A stretch of DNA of 64,000 nt from an uncultured virus (IMG/VR IMGVR_UViG_3300030103_005378) (taxonomy: Duplodnaviria > Heunggongvirae > Uroviricota > Caudoviricetes), in the IMG/VR virus record IMGVR_UViG_3300030103_005378; one strand, written 5' to 3'. The position numbers were made by a program, and so were the translations under genes. The notes under the pieces were generated by a model, which did no database searches, was not told the origin of the DNA, and saw nothing but the letters and a program-made list of their open reading frames with translations. Positions 30,879 to 40,470 of this stretch are shown one piece after another. Positions within the stretch are counted from its first letter, which is position 1. Every line of letters begins with the position of its first letter.

Positions 30879-31088
30879 ATGAAAAAAAGAAAAATTGAAA
30901 AAACAGACTCAATAGTTGATTCAGTTATTGATCAATTTATTGAAAGAGCTAAATTTGGAAAAGAAAAATACAATACAGATTTAGATAGAACAGACTTAGG
31001 CATCCTAGATTGGATAGAACATGCTAAACAAGAACATATGGATGCTATACTTTATCTTGAAAAAATTGAAAGAACAATAAAAGGTTAA
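30879..31088 (+). CDS. Small helical phage protein, possibly MazG-like fold
   Basis: R..FG.EKY..DL.R.DL...W..HA..E.MD..LYL pattern. Confidence 0.45.
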   Translation: MKKRKIEKTDSIVDSVIDQFIERAKFGKEKYNTDLDRTDLGILDWIEHAKQEHMDAILYLEKIERTIKG

Positions 31089-31111
31089 TATTTATAATAA
31101 AATACTATAAA

Positions 31112-31498
31112 ATGTCAAAAGAATTAAATCGAATGCAAAAATTAGCAGGAGTGCCTGTTAATGAAGAAAAAGAAAACTTAAACGAACACTACATGGCTGG
31201 TGGAATCGTTGGAGTTGAAGCAATTACCCAAATCCCACCTCGTGAAAAATCAGATTATGAAATGGCTTTTGAGCATTTTATGAATGAAGGAGAAGAAAAA
31301 GAGGAAAAAGAAGTTAAAGAAGGTATGTATGAGGAAGATGATGTAAAAGAATCATACTATGAAGAAGATGATACAATGGAAGAAGCAGTAGGAATTGATG
31401 CTAGTGCAGAAGCTATTAGAGGAGAAGTTAGAAAAATGATTAAAAAACATTCTAATGATGCGGATTTAGGAGCTGCAGTAAGAGCAAAATTTGCATAA
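31112..31498 (+). CDS. Acidic putative prohead core/internal protein
   Basis: RMQKLAG motif, many [VLM]-x-E sites, preceded by ATATTTATAA. Confidence 0.45.
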   Translation: MSKELNRMQKLAGVPVNEEKENLNEHYMAGGIVGVEAITQIPPREKSDYEMAFEHFMNEGEEKEEKEVKEGMYEEDDVKESYYEEDDTMEEAVGIDASAEAIRGEVRKMIKKHSNDADLGAAVRAKFA

Positions 31499-31734
31499 TG
31501 AGAAACCCAAAAACTACAGTTGAATTATCAATCCCTTTACTCCTTCGAGTACTAGAATTTGCTAAAGATGATGCTTCATCTGATGAAGAACTCCGTAAAG
31601 TAGCAAATAATATGATTGAATTGAGTAGAGTTGCTGGTGAGTTAGGGATGATTGATTTTGAAGCTATAATGGGTGGAGAAGAAGCACTAGCTGAAAGAAA
31701 AAAAATGATGGTGAGAGCCGGAATCATAAAATAA
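31498..31734 (+). CDS. Hypothetical protein ending MMVRAGIIK
   Basis: Coupled to upstream ORF. Confidence 0.65.
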   Translation: MRNPKTTVELSIPLLLRVLEFAKDDASSDEELRKVANNMIELSRVAGELGMIDFEAIMGGEEALAERKKMMVRAGIIK

Positions 31735-31740
31735 AAAAAA

Positions 31741-31809
31741 ATGAAAGATTGTAACTGCCAAACATGTAAATGTAAAACTAGTTGTAGCTGTAACTGCTGT
31801 AATTGTTAA
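31741..31809 (+). CDS. 22-aa cysteine-rich metallothionein-like peptide (not in ORF track)
   Basis: MKDCNCQTCKCKTSCSCNCCNC, 9 Cys; fills the intergenic gap, A-rich start context. Confidence 0.65.
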   Translation: MKDCNCQTCKCKTSCSCNCCNC

Positions 31810-31811
31810 AA

Positions 31812-32234
31812 ATGAGAAAAGTAGTTATAGTTAGTGGATATTTTAACCCCATCCATAAAGGACACCTAGAACTTTTAAGAAAAGCTAAAGAATTTAGTGA
31901 TGATTATGTCATAGCTATAGTTAATTCTGACCTACAAAGAGAATTAAAGGGATCAAAAGAATTCCAAGAAGAAAATGAAAGATTAGAAATAGTAAGTTCT
32001 ATAAAATATGTTGGACATGCTTTAATTTCTATAGATGAAGACAGAACGCAAATAGAAACCCTAAAACATATCCATAATGAATATGGTAAAACATGGGAAT
32101 TATATTTTGCCAATGGAGGAGACCAAAACAACCAATCTATCCCAGAAAGTCCAATTTGCAATGAATTAGGGATAAAACTTTTAGATGGGCTTGGTGACAA
32201 GATACAATCTAGTAGTTGGCTATTAAAAAAATAA
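31812..32234 (+). CDS. Cytidylyltransferase-like (HxGH) nucleotidyltransferase
   Basis: SGYFNPIHKGH, VNSD, FANGGD, KIQSSSW. Confidence 0.88.
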   Translation: MRKVVIVSGYFNPIHKGHLELLRKAKEFSDDYVIAIVNSDLQRELKGSKEFQEENERLEIVSSIKYVGHALISIDEDRTQIETLKHIHNEYGKTWELYFANGGDQNNQSIPESPICNELGIKLLDGLGDKIQSSSWLLKK

Positions 32235-32240
32235 AACACT

Positions 32241-32585
32241 ATGGAAGAAAATGAAAGTAGACCTTGGGGTAAATACGAAATTCTCCTCTCAAATGAAAAA
32301 TGTAAAGTAAAACAAATAACTGTTATCCCAGGAGGTAGACTTAGTTACCAATATCATTTTAAAAGAAGTGAGGTGTGGACAGTTGTTTCTGGGGTTGCCA
32401 CTATAACTCTTGATGATGAAATACGTAATTATGAGTATGGAGAAACTGTTTTAATTCCTCAAGGTGTAAAACATAGAGTTGAAAATAAAGAAGAAAAAGA
32501 TTTAGTCTTTATAGAAGTCCAACACGGCTCGTATTTTGGAGAAGATGATATAGTAAGAATTGAAGACGATTATAATAGAAAATAA
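32241..32585 (+). CDS. Cupin, mannose-6-phosphate isomerase type II C-terminal-like
   Basis: RPWGKY, LSYQYH..RSEVW, HRVEN, IEVQHG.YFGEDDIVR. Confidence 0.9.
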   Translation: MEENESRPWGKYEILLSNEKCKVKQITVIPGGRLSYQYHFKRSEVWTVVSGVATITLDDEIRNYEYGETVLIPQGVKHRVENKEEKDLVFIEVQHGSYFGEDDIVRIEDDYNRK

Positions 32586-32610
32586 ACTAAACTCTTATAT
32601 AAATTAAATT

Positions 32611-32637
32611 AAAGCTTGTCTTTGACAGGCTTTTTTT
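32611..32637 (+). terminator. Terminator-like hairpin overlapping a promoter
   Basis: AAAGCTTGTC-TTT-GACAGGCTTT then T-run. Confidence 0.55.
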
Positions 32638-32650
32638 GTATTTTATAGTT

Positions 32651-33586
32651 ATGTCAAAGAAAAAACCCTCTATCCTCAAAGAGATTAGAGAGAAACAATT
32701 GCCTGAGATAAATTTTGCTTATCAAAAGGCAATTTCTTATTCTCAACTATCTATGTTTAATGAATGCCCTAAAAAATGGTCATTACAATATAGAGAAGGT
32801 CATAAACAATTCACCTCAAGTATCCATACTGTATTTGGAACCGCTTTGCACGAAGTATTACAACATTACCTTACAGTAATGTATGATAAAAGCTATGCTG
32901 AAGCAGATCGAATAAATACCTCTGAAATGTTAGAGGAAACTCTTAGAGAAGAATATATCAAACAATACAAATCCAATAATAAACAACATTTCTCATCCCC
33001 AGAAGAGCTAAGAGAGTTTTATGAAGATGGAGTTGAAATAATTAGAGAATTTGCTAAAAGAAAGAAAAAATATTTTTCAAAACGTGGTTGGCATTTAGTT
33101 GGATGTGAAGTACCTGTTAAAGTAACACCTCATAAATATAAACCTAACCTATTATTACAGGGATATTTAGATGTTGTAATGTATCATGAACCAACCCAAA
33201 CATTTAAAATTATAGATATTAAAACAAGCAAATCTGGTTGGAATAAAACAATGAAATCAGATGAAAATAAACAACTTCAATTGGTGTTGTATAAAAAATA
33301 TTTTGCTGAACTATATAATGTTCCCGTTGAAAAAATAGAGGTTGAGTTTTTTATCGTTAAACGTAAACTATACGAAAGTAAAGAATTTGTAATTAGAAGA
33401 ATCCAAACATTCACACCCCCCTCAGGTAAAGTTAAGATGAATAGAGTTCAAAAATCCCTTAATAATTTTATAAATGAAGCATTTGGTCAAGATGGGTATT
33501 TAGATAAAGATCATCAACCAACTCCACATAAAAACTGTCATTGGTGTCCTTTTAACAAAACTCACTTATGTTCTGCGACTTACTAA
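32651..33586 (+). CDS. PD-(D/E)XK nuclease (Cas4/RecB-like)
   Basis: ISYSQL..CP, FGTALHE, GYLDV, IIDIKT, QL.LY, CHWCPF...C. Confidence 0.85.
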   Translation: MSKKKPSILKEIREKQLPEINFAYQKAISYSQLSMFNECPKKWSLQYREGHKQFTSSIHTVFGTALHEVLQHYLTVMYDKSYAEADRINTSEMLEETLREEYIKQYKSNNKQHFSSPEELREFYEDGVEIIREFAKRKKKYFSKRGWHLVGCEVPVKVTPHKYKPNLLLQGYLDVVMYHEPTQTFKIIDIKTSKSGWNKTMKSDENKQLQLVLYKKYFAELYNVPVEKIEVEFFIVKRKLYESKEFVIRRIQTFTPPSGKVKMNRVQKSLNNFINEAFGQDGYLDKDHQPTPHKNCHWCPFNKTHLCSATY

Positions 33587-33630
33587 AATACTCATATATG
33601 TATATCCAACAATATTAAAATAAGAATATA

Positions 33631-33819
33631 ATGTCAAAAGATCAACAATTAACTAGTGTAAAAATTGATAAAACACTGTTTGAAACATTTAAAGTAGAAT
33701 GTATTAAGAGAAAGTTTTCATTTCAAAAATTATCCGAAAGAGCAATCCATTTATATTTAACGGATGAAGAATTTAGAAAACAAATTCATAACCACACAAA
33801 TTTAAGCTTGGAAGATTAA
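33631..33819 (+). CDS. Small putative ribbon-helix-helix DNA-binding protein
   Basis: LTSVKID strand followed by two helices. Confidence 0.45.
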   Translation: MSKDQQLTSVKIDKTLFETFKVECIKRKFSFQKLSERAIHLYLTDEEFRKQIHNHTNLSLED

Positions 33820-33855
33820 AATCTAAGTTTTATATTTAAAAAATAAAAAAGTTAT

Positions 33856-35295
33856 ATGAAAGAAAAATTTGGTTATCTCCCTCAAAATGAGAGAAAAAAA
33901 ATCCTATTAATTTGCGATGATATTAGAGTCCACTCAGGAGTAGCAACAGTTGCTCGTGAAATGGTAATTAATACTTGCCAACACTTTAATTGGGTTAATG
34001 TAGCAGGAGCTATAAAACACCCTGAAAAAGGTAAAAGATTTGATTTATCTTCCGATACAAATAAAAATGCAGAAATAGAAGATTCCTCAGTATTTTTATA
34101 TCCTGTAGATGGTTATGGAGATGGGAATTTAGTTAGACAATTAATGGCTACTGAAAAGCCTGATGCTATAATGATTATTACTGATCCAAGATATTTTGAG
34201 TGGTTGTTTGCTATGGAAAATGAAATTAGACAAGAGGTTCCAATTATTTATTTGAATATTTGGGATGATTATCCAACTCCTCTTTATAATAAATCATTTT
34301 ACGAGTCATGTGATGCACTTTTAGCTATTTCCAAACAAACAAAGCTTATAAATGAACTTGTTTTAGGAGATAAAGCAAAAAATAAAGTAATAGAATATGT
34401 TCCACATGGTTTAAATCATAACATTTATTACCCACTTGAAAATGAATCTGATCTAAAAGAATTTGAACAATTTAAATCACATATCTTTGGTGGGAAAGAA
34501 AAAGATTTTGTTTTATTTTTCAATTCAAGAAACATTAGAAGAAAACAAATCCCAGATACAATGCTTGCGTTTAGATACTTTTTAGATAAATTACCTAAAG
34601 AAAAAGCAGAAAAGTGTTCTTTAATTCTCCATACTGAAATAGTAAGTGAGCATGGAACTAATCTTGAGGAAGTAAGAAAAATTTTATTTAAAGATTACCC
34701 TGAAGCAATTTTATTCTCTACTAGTAAGTTAGGAAATAAAGAGTTAAATTTTATGTATAATTTAGCTGATGCTCAAATATTATTAACTTCAAATGAAGGT
34801 TGGGGATTAACATTAACCGAAGCAATATTAGCAGGTACTCCAATTATAGCTAATGTAACTGGTGGAATGCAAGACCAAATGGGATTTGAAGATGAAGATG
34901 GGAATTGGTATGAACCAACCCCTGAAATACCTTCAAATCATACTGGAAGATATCAAAAACATGGAAGTTGGTCATTCCCAGTATTCCCAACAAATAGATC
35001 TTTACAAGGTTCTCCTAAAACCCCTTATATTTGGGATGATAGGTGCAAACCTGAAGATGCAACTATCCAAATTGAAAATTTATATTATATGGGTAGAGAT
35101 GAAAGAAAACGTTTAGGTAAAGAAGGTAGAGAGTGGGCTGTAGAAAAAGCAGGACTTACAAGTGAAGCTATGGCAGAACGCGCAATTAATGCGATAGATA
35201 AATTATTTAACACGTGGACTCCACGCGAAAAATATGAGCTAATCAATGTAAATGAAGTTGAAGAAGATACAATTAATCACGAATTATTATACTAA
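33856..35295 (+). CDS. Glycosyltransferase, GT-B/GT4-like
   Basis: SGVATV, VPHG, RNIRRK, SNEGWGLTLTEA. Confidence 0.85.
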   Translation: MKEKFGYLPQNERKKILLICDDIRVHSGVATVAREMVINTCQHFNWVNVAGAIKHPEKGKRFDLSSDTNKNAEIEDSSVFLYPVDGYGDGNLVRQLMATEKPDAIMIITDPRYFEWLFAMENEIRQEVPIIYLNIWDDYPTPLYNKSFYESCDALLAISKQTKLINELVLGDKAKNKVIEYVPHGLNHNIYYPLENESDLKEFEQFKSHIFGGKEKDFVLFFNSRNIRRKQIPDTMLAFRYFLDKLPKEKAEKCSLILHTEIVSEHGTNLEEVRKILFKDYPEAILFSTSKLGNKELNFMYNLADAQILLTSNEGWGLTLTEAILAGTPIIANVTGGMQDQMGFEDEDGNWYEPTPEIPSNHTGRYQKHGSWSFPVFPTNRSLQGSPKTPYIWDDRCKPEDATIQIENLYYMGRDERKRLGKEGREWAVEKAGLTSEAMAERAINAIDKLFNTWTPREKYELINVNEVEEDTINHELLY

Positions 35296-35301
35296 AAAGT
35301 T

Positions 35302-36618
35302 ATGAGCAAACCAGTATTTGTAATAAGCTGTCCTATTGATACTTACTCTGGATATGGAGCAAGATCAAGAGATATAGTTAAAGCAGTTGTAGAATTAGAA
35401 AAATATGATGTAAAAATTCTACCTCAAAGATGGGGAAACACCCCATTTGGTTTTATTAAAAATAATCCTGAATGGGATTTCCTAGAACCACTTTTATTAA
35501 CCACCCCTCAATTACCATCCCAACCAGAGATTTGGGCACAAATAACAGTTCCAAATGAATTTCAAAAAGTAGGTAAATATAATATTGGAATTACAGCAGG
35601 GATTGAAACAACTATAGCACCTGCTGAATGGGTTGAAGGTTGTAGAAGAATGGATTTAATTTTAGGTTCTTCTAAACATACAATTGATGTTTTAAAGAAT
35701 AGTAAATTTGAAAAAAGAGATAAACAAACAAACCAACCTGTAGGGCATATTATATGGGAAGGTGAAAGTGAAATAATGTTTGAAGGAGTAAACACAGATG
35801 TTTATAAACCAATACAATCAACATTTGATTTATCTAATGTAAAAGAATCATTTGCATATTTGTTTGTAGGACATTGGATTCAAGGAGATATAGGTGAAGA
35901 TAGAAAAAATGTTGGGTTAATGATAAAAGCGTTTTTTGAAACATTTAAAAATAAATCAAAGAAACCTGCTCTTATTTTAAAAACATCTCAAGTTGGATCC
36001 TCTTATATGGATAGAGATACTATAATTGAAAAAATTAAAGCAATTAAAGCTACTTGTAAATCAAAGAATTTACCAAATGTATATTTACTACATGGTGAGT
36101 TTACTGATGAGGAAATGAATGAGATATACAACCATTCAAAAGTTAAAGCGATGGTTAATTTAACTAAAGGTGAAGGATTTGGTAGACCACTACTTGAATT
36201 TTCTTTAACCAACAAACCAATTTTAACAACAAATTGGAGTGGGCATACAGATTATCTTAATCCTAACTTTACAACAATGATGAGTGGAACTTTAAAAGAA
36301 GTTCACCCTTCAGCAGCAAACAATATGTTATTAAAAGAAGCACAATGGTTTAATGTTGATACCGGTCAAGTAGGGCACTATTTTAAAGACATTTTTACAA
36401 ATTATAAAAGATATAAAGATTTAGCAAAACGACAAGGCTTTCATTCTAGATCAAAGTTTTCATTTGAAGCAATGAAAGAAAAAATAGATAAAGTACTCAC
36501 AGAAAGATTACCTGAATTCCCAAAACAAGTAGAATTAAAATTACCTAAATTAAAAAAAATAAAAAAGGATAAACCAGAACTACCAAAATTGCAATTACCA
36601 AAACTAAAAAAAGTATGA
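35302..36618 (+). CDS. Glycosyltransferase, GT-B/GT4-like
   Basis: SGYG, EGV, DRKN, KGEGFGRPLLE, TNWSGH. Confidence 0.85.
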   Translation: MSKPVFVISCPIDTYSGYGARSRDIVKAVVELEKYDVKILPQRWGNTPFGFIKNNPEWDFLEPLLLTTPQLPSQPEIWAQITVPNEFQKVGKYNIGITAGIETTIAPAEWVEGCRRMDLILGSSKHTIDVLKNSKFEKRDKQTNQPVGHIIWEGESEIMFEGVNTDVYKPIQSTFDLSNVKESFAYLFVGHWIQGDIGEDRKNVGLMIKAFFETFKNKSKKPALILKTSQVGSSYMDRDTIIEKIKAIKATCKSKNLPNVYLLHGEFTDEEMNEIYNHSKVKAMVNLTKGEGFGRPLLEFSLTNKPILTTNWSGHTDYLNPNFTTMMSGTLKEVHPSAANNMLLKEAQWFNVDTGQVGHYFKDIFTNYKRYKDLAKRQGFHSRSKFSFEAMKEKIDKVLTERLPEFPKQVELKLPKLKKIKKDKPELPKLQLPKLKKV

Positions 36619-37079
36619 CACACGAAGAAATAATTAACTGCCCAAAATCAGGAGGAGATTTATGTTATAAAACTCAAGTAACACCTGACATTACTAACTA
36701 CTTAAGTTTGAGTTGTGGGTTTTGGACAAACAGTTTGATGAAAGAAGGTGAAGATTTTTATAATCATCAAATGGAGGTTTTACCTGAATTATATAAAGAT
36801 TTAGCTTGGGAAGACCCAAAAACAAAACTCGTATGGATTCCAAATACTATTAACCAAAAAGGTATAGGAATGATATTTGCTAATGGATCTAATTCAAGTC
36901 AATGGGGGTGGGCAGCAGTTAAAGCTGTTAAAGTTTCTGAAGAAGATAAAGAAAAATACCCTATACCTGGTAAAGAAGGTGAATTCATGGAATATAGAAT
37001 GGACATGGATAATATAAAATACTTCCCAGAAAGAGAATACATAGATGCATTATCCCATATTGGAATCCTACCAGAATAG
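36615..37079 (+). CDS. Hypothetical protein
   Basis: 154-aa ORF coupled to GT. Confidence 0.7.
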   Translation: MTHEEIINCPKSGGDLCYKTQVTPDITNYLSLSCGFWTNSLMKEGEDFYNHQMEVLPELYKDLAWEDPKTKLVWIPNTINQKGIGMIFANGSNSSQWGWAAVKAVKVSEEDKEKYPIPGKEGEFMEYRMDMDNIKYFPEREYIDALSHIGILPE

Positions 37080-37388
37080 GTAGGTATCTTAATAAATGTT
37101 TTGTATATTTTAGTATATTAAAAAATTAAAAGTTATGACAAGATTAACAGTACACTTAGAAGAACCAGTATTTTTTGAAGTAAATCAAGTAAATGTTGGC
37201 ACAAAAGAGAACGTTGTTCTTAAACCTAAGAAGAAAAAATGTATCCAAACCACTTTATCCTTTAAAAACATTTCTGAAAACGAAGCAGGTAGAATTATCT
37301 CTGATATTCGTAAAAATCATGGAATTGCAAAGTGGACTGAAGGAGAAAAAAAGGGACAAGAAATGGTTTACATAGTAAAATAAAAGTT

Positions 37389-37715
37389 ATGCTTATAGAA
37401 ACCCAAAGTTTATATGATTATTTAGGTAGACCAGCAGGAAAAGATTTAGGAACAAAAGTACATGCTGCTGCTGTTTCTAAGGGTGTTTATGTTGGGAAAA
37501 AAGATATAGAAACATCCCTAGTACCAGCAGGATATGTTTGTATGTACCCAACTTCATTTTTAGATGAATATTTTAATAAAAAACCTGCGGCACAAGTAGC
37601 TTTAGAAGATAAAATTAGATTATTAGAAGATAGAGTTAAATTATTAGAAGATAAAATAGATCTGTTACTTCCTCATTTTAAATCAAATAATAAAGTAGAT
37701 GATTTACCATTTTAA
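37389..37715 (+). CDS. Hypothetical protein with short coiled coil and SSB-like DDLPF terminus
   Basis: LEDKIRLLEDRVKLLEDKI heptads; ends VDDLPF. Confidence 0.7.
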   Translation: MLIETQSLYDYLGRPAGKDLGTKVHAAAVSKGVYVGKKDIETSLVPAGYVCMYPTSFLDEYFNKKPAAQVALEDKIRLLEDRVKLLEDKIDLLLPHFKSNNKVDDLPF

Positions 37716-37903
37716 ATAAAAGTTATGACAGAAAAAGAAACAAAGTTATTAAAAGTAGATAAAGCTATAGAAGTTACAAACATTGAAATTAGTATAGGAC
37801 AAATAACAAAAACAAATGAGTATTACATAAGAATATGCAAAGCCCATTATTTTAATTTTGGTGAAGCATTAGCACTATTAAATGATTTAGAAAACCATGC
37901 TCA

Positions 37904-38560
37904 ATGAAAATAAGTTACGCTATAACAGTATGTAATGAATTTGTAGAAATACAAAATTTAGTCAATTTTTTAATCCGAAACAAACGACCCCAAGATGAAA
38001 TAGTTGTACAACAAGACAAAGCATGTAAAAAATCTGCATCCCATACCCCATTAACCCCTGAAATGGAAGTTAATTTATATTGTGGTAATTTAGATAGAGA
38101 AGGACAAATTAAATTTATATGTGATTTTGCATTGGATGGACATTTTGCTAATTTTAAAAACAACATATCAAAATATTGCTCAGGAGATTATATTTACCAA
38201 ATTGATGCAGATGAGATGCCTTCACTTTATATGATAGAAGCCCTACCAGAAGTATTAGAAAACAACAATGTTGATGTGATTTTAGTTCCAAGAATTAATA
38301 CTGTTGAAGGGTTAACACAAGAACATGTTAATAAATGGGGTTGGATGGTAAATAATAAGGGTTGGGTTAATTTCCCTGATTACCAATGGAGAGTTTATAA
38401 AAATGTTAAAAATATTAAGTGGACACGAAAAATCCATGAATTTCTTGAAGGTTATAAAACAGTAGCTTGCCTTCCAACAGAAGAAGAATGGTGTTTAAAA
38501 CATCCTAAAACACTCACAAAACAAGAAAAACAAAATGAATTTTATAATACATTAATATAA
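37904..38560 (+). CDS. Glycosyltransferase family 2-like
   Basis: ISYAITVCNE, QIDADE, PDYQWR, IHE. Confidence 0.82.
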   Translation: MKISYAITVCNEFVEIQNLVNFLIRNKRPQDEIVVQQDKACKKSASHTPLTPEMEVNLYCGNLDREGQIKFICDFALDGHFANFKNNISKYCSGDYIYQIDADEMPSLYMIEALPEVLENNNVDVILVPRINTVEGLTQEHVNKWGWMVNNKGWVNFPDYQWRVYKNVKNIKWTRKIHEFLEGYKTVACLPTEEEWCLKHPKTLTKQEKQNEFYNTLI

Positions 38561-39174
38561 TGCGTAGATTTGATATTATAAATACTTTTATAAAAAAGAA
38601 TAACTTTGTAAATTATTTAGAAATTGGAGTTTTTAATGGTGAATGTATTGAAGCAGTAAATATTCCTCATAAAGATGGAGTAGACCCAGGAGCTGAAGGT
38701 GTAGTACACCCCAAAGTAAACTATCCAGTTACATCAGATGATTTTTTTGAATTAATTAAAGACCATCCTGATATTAAATATGATATAGTATTCATTGATG
38801 GTTTACATCATAGTACTCAAGTTATTAAAGATATTAATAATAGTCTAAAACATAGTATTGACACAGGTGTAATTGCTATGCATGATTGTAATCCACCAAC
38901 TAAAGCACATGCTCAAATTCCAAGAAATGGGCAAATAAATTGGAATGGAGATGTTTATAAAGCCTTTTTACAATCCAGAATAAATAATCCACAACATAAA
39001 CATTTTGTGGTAGATGATGATTGGGGTGTAGGTGTTATTTTAAAAAATCAAAAAGATTTTGAAATAGATAAAAATGAATTACAACAAGGTATTGATTCAT
39101 GGGAATATTTTAATACTAATAGAACTAAATTATTAACTTTAATATCACCAGATGAATTTAAAGCAACTTATTAA
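38560..39174 (+). CDS. Class I SAM-dependent methyltransferase-like
   Basis: YLEIGV, GVDP, TSDDFF, FIDGLH, MHD. Confidence 0.82.
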   Translation: MRRFDIINTFIKKNNFVNYLEIGVFNGECIEAVNIPHKDGVDPGAEGVVHPKVNYPVTSDDFFELIKDHPDIKYDIVFIDGLHHSTQVIKDINNSLKHSIDTGVIAMHDCNPPTKAHAQIPRNGQINWNGDVYKAFLQSRINNPQHKHFVVDDDWGVGVILKNQKDFEIDKNELQQGIDSWEYFNTNRTKLLTLISPDEFKATY

Positions 39175-39943
39175 TAAAACATATTATGGTACTATAGGGT
39201 ATATTTCTAATGAAGATGATCTTGAGACATTAGAACAATATATATTATATAATTTAGAGGTATTAGAAGAATTTAAAAATATAATAGTAGCGACAAACTA
39301 TAGTTGCAATTTACAAGACCAAAATAACGAAGTATGGAAAAAATATTTTCCAGATTGTATTATATTAGATTCTAAAATTAACAGAGGACATAACTTTGGA
39401 ACTGCTGATTTAGATAATTTACTAGTTGATTATTGTAAAGTAAATAATATAACATGGTTATGTAAATCATCTAATGATATTATATTAAATTATGAAATCT
39501 TCTTTAAAGAAATACCAGAAGCTGATTTTTATTATTTAGGTAGTATAGGTTATGGAGGAATGATTAAGTATAATTTTAATTTTGAGGATATTATTAAAAA
39601 TGATTTTTTTCCTCAAACTAATTTTTATTTTATAAACATTTCTAAAATTGATTATTTAAATGATAAAGAATATTTAAATGAGACTTATAAAGCAATTTCA
39701 AAAATAAAAAATTATAATGGCAAAATCTGGGAGTATTTTAATGGGTGGACCTGTGAGAGATTTTTAAGAAAATGTGTTCTAAGAAATGATTTAACAAAAC
39801 ACCATTTAATATCACCTAAATCATATAAAATCTTATTAAAAGAAATAAAAGATAAACAAATACATGACTGTAGTCATAAAAATATGATGATTGATGGTGT
39901 ATGTCATTATCAATTTCCAAACCAAACAATAACACAAATATGA
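39152..39943 (+). CDS. Hypothetical, possibly GT-A fold
   Basis: 263-aa ORF in glyco cluster with NRGH..G motif. Confidence 0.5.
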   Translation: MNLKQLINKTYYGTIGYISNEDDLETLEQYILYNLEVLEEFKNIIVATNYSCNLQDQNNEVWKKYFPDCIILDSKINRGHNFGTADLDNLLVDYCKVNNITWLCKSSNDIILNYEIFFKEIPEADFYYLGSIGYGGMIKYNFNFEDIIKNDFFPQTNFYFINISKIDYLNDKEYLNETYKAISKIKNYNGKIWEYFNGWTCERFLRKCVLRNDLTKHHLISPKSYKILLKEIKDKQIHDCSHKNMMIDGVCHYQFPNQTITQI

Positions 39944-40464
39944 GTGAAGTACCAAGTAAACCATGGATGCATGATTCTGAAATTAATTTAATAATTGCAT
40001 TTTTAAATAAAGAACAAAGTATGTTAGAATGGGGCTGTGGTGGCAGTACTATGCTTTTTTCTAAATATGTTAAAAAATATTATTCCATTGAACATAATAA
40101 AGAATGGTATGATAAAGTTAATGATAAAATTAAAGAAGATAAAATCAAAAATATACAAAATTATCATATACCAACAGAAGATGGTGGGTCTGATTTTCCA
40201 AGTACTCCTGATAGATACAAAACCTATATAGAATATCCGTCACAAATAAAGAAAAAATATGATAGAATATTAATAGATGGTAGGGCTAGACAGTTTTGTG
40301 CTGAGTATTGTTTACCATATCTTAAAGAAGATGGATTAGTATTTTTTCATGACTTCTGGATGCCAGATCGTGAAAGATATAGGCGCATAGCTTTAAAATA
40401 TTTTAATGAAGTAGCTTCAATAGTTCATTCAACTCAAACATTAGCTATTTTACAACCTAAATAA
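39940..40464 (+). CDS. Class I SAM-dependent methyltransferase-like
   Basis: LEWGCGGST, SIEH, ILIDGRAR, FHD. Confidence 0.8.
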   Translation: MSEVPSKPWMHDSEINLIIAFLNKEQSMLEWGCGGSTMLFSKYVKKYYSIEHNKEWYDKVNDKIKEDKIKNIQNYHIPTEDGGSDFPSTPDRYKTYIEYPSQIKKKYDRILIDGRARQFCAEYCLPYLKEDGLVFFHDFWMPDRERYRRIALKYFNEVASIVHSTQTLAILQPK

Positions 40465-40470
40465 TCAAAA

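Noticed and set aside
32651..33586. Cas4 as part of a CRISPR system
   Set aside because: Stand-alone PD-(D/E)XK nucleases are common in phages; no cas1/cas2 or array.
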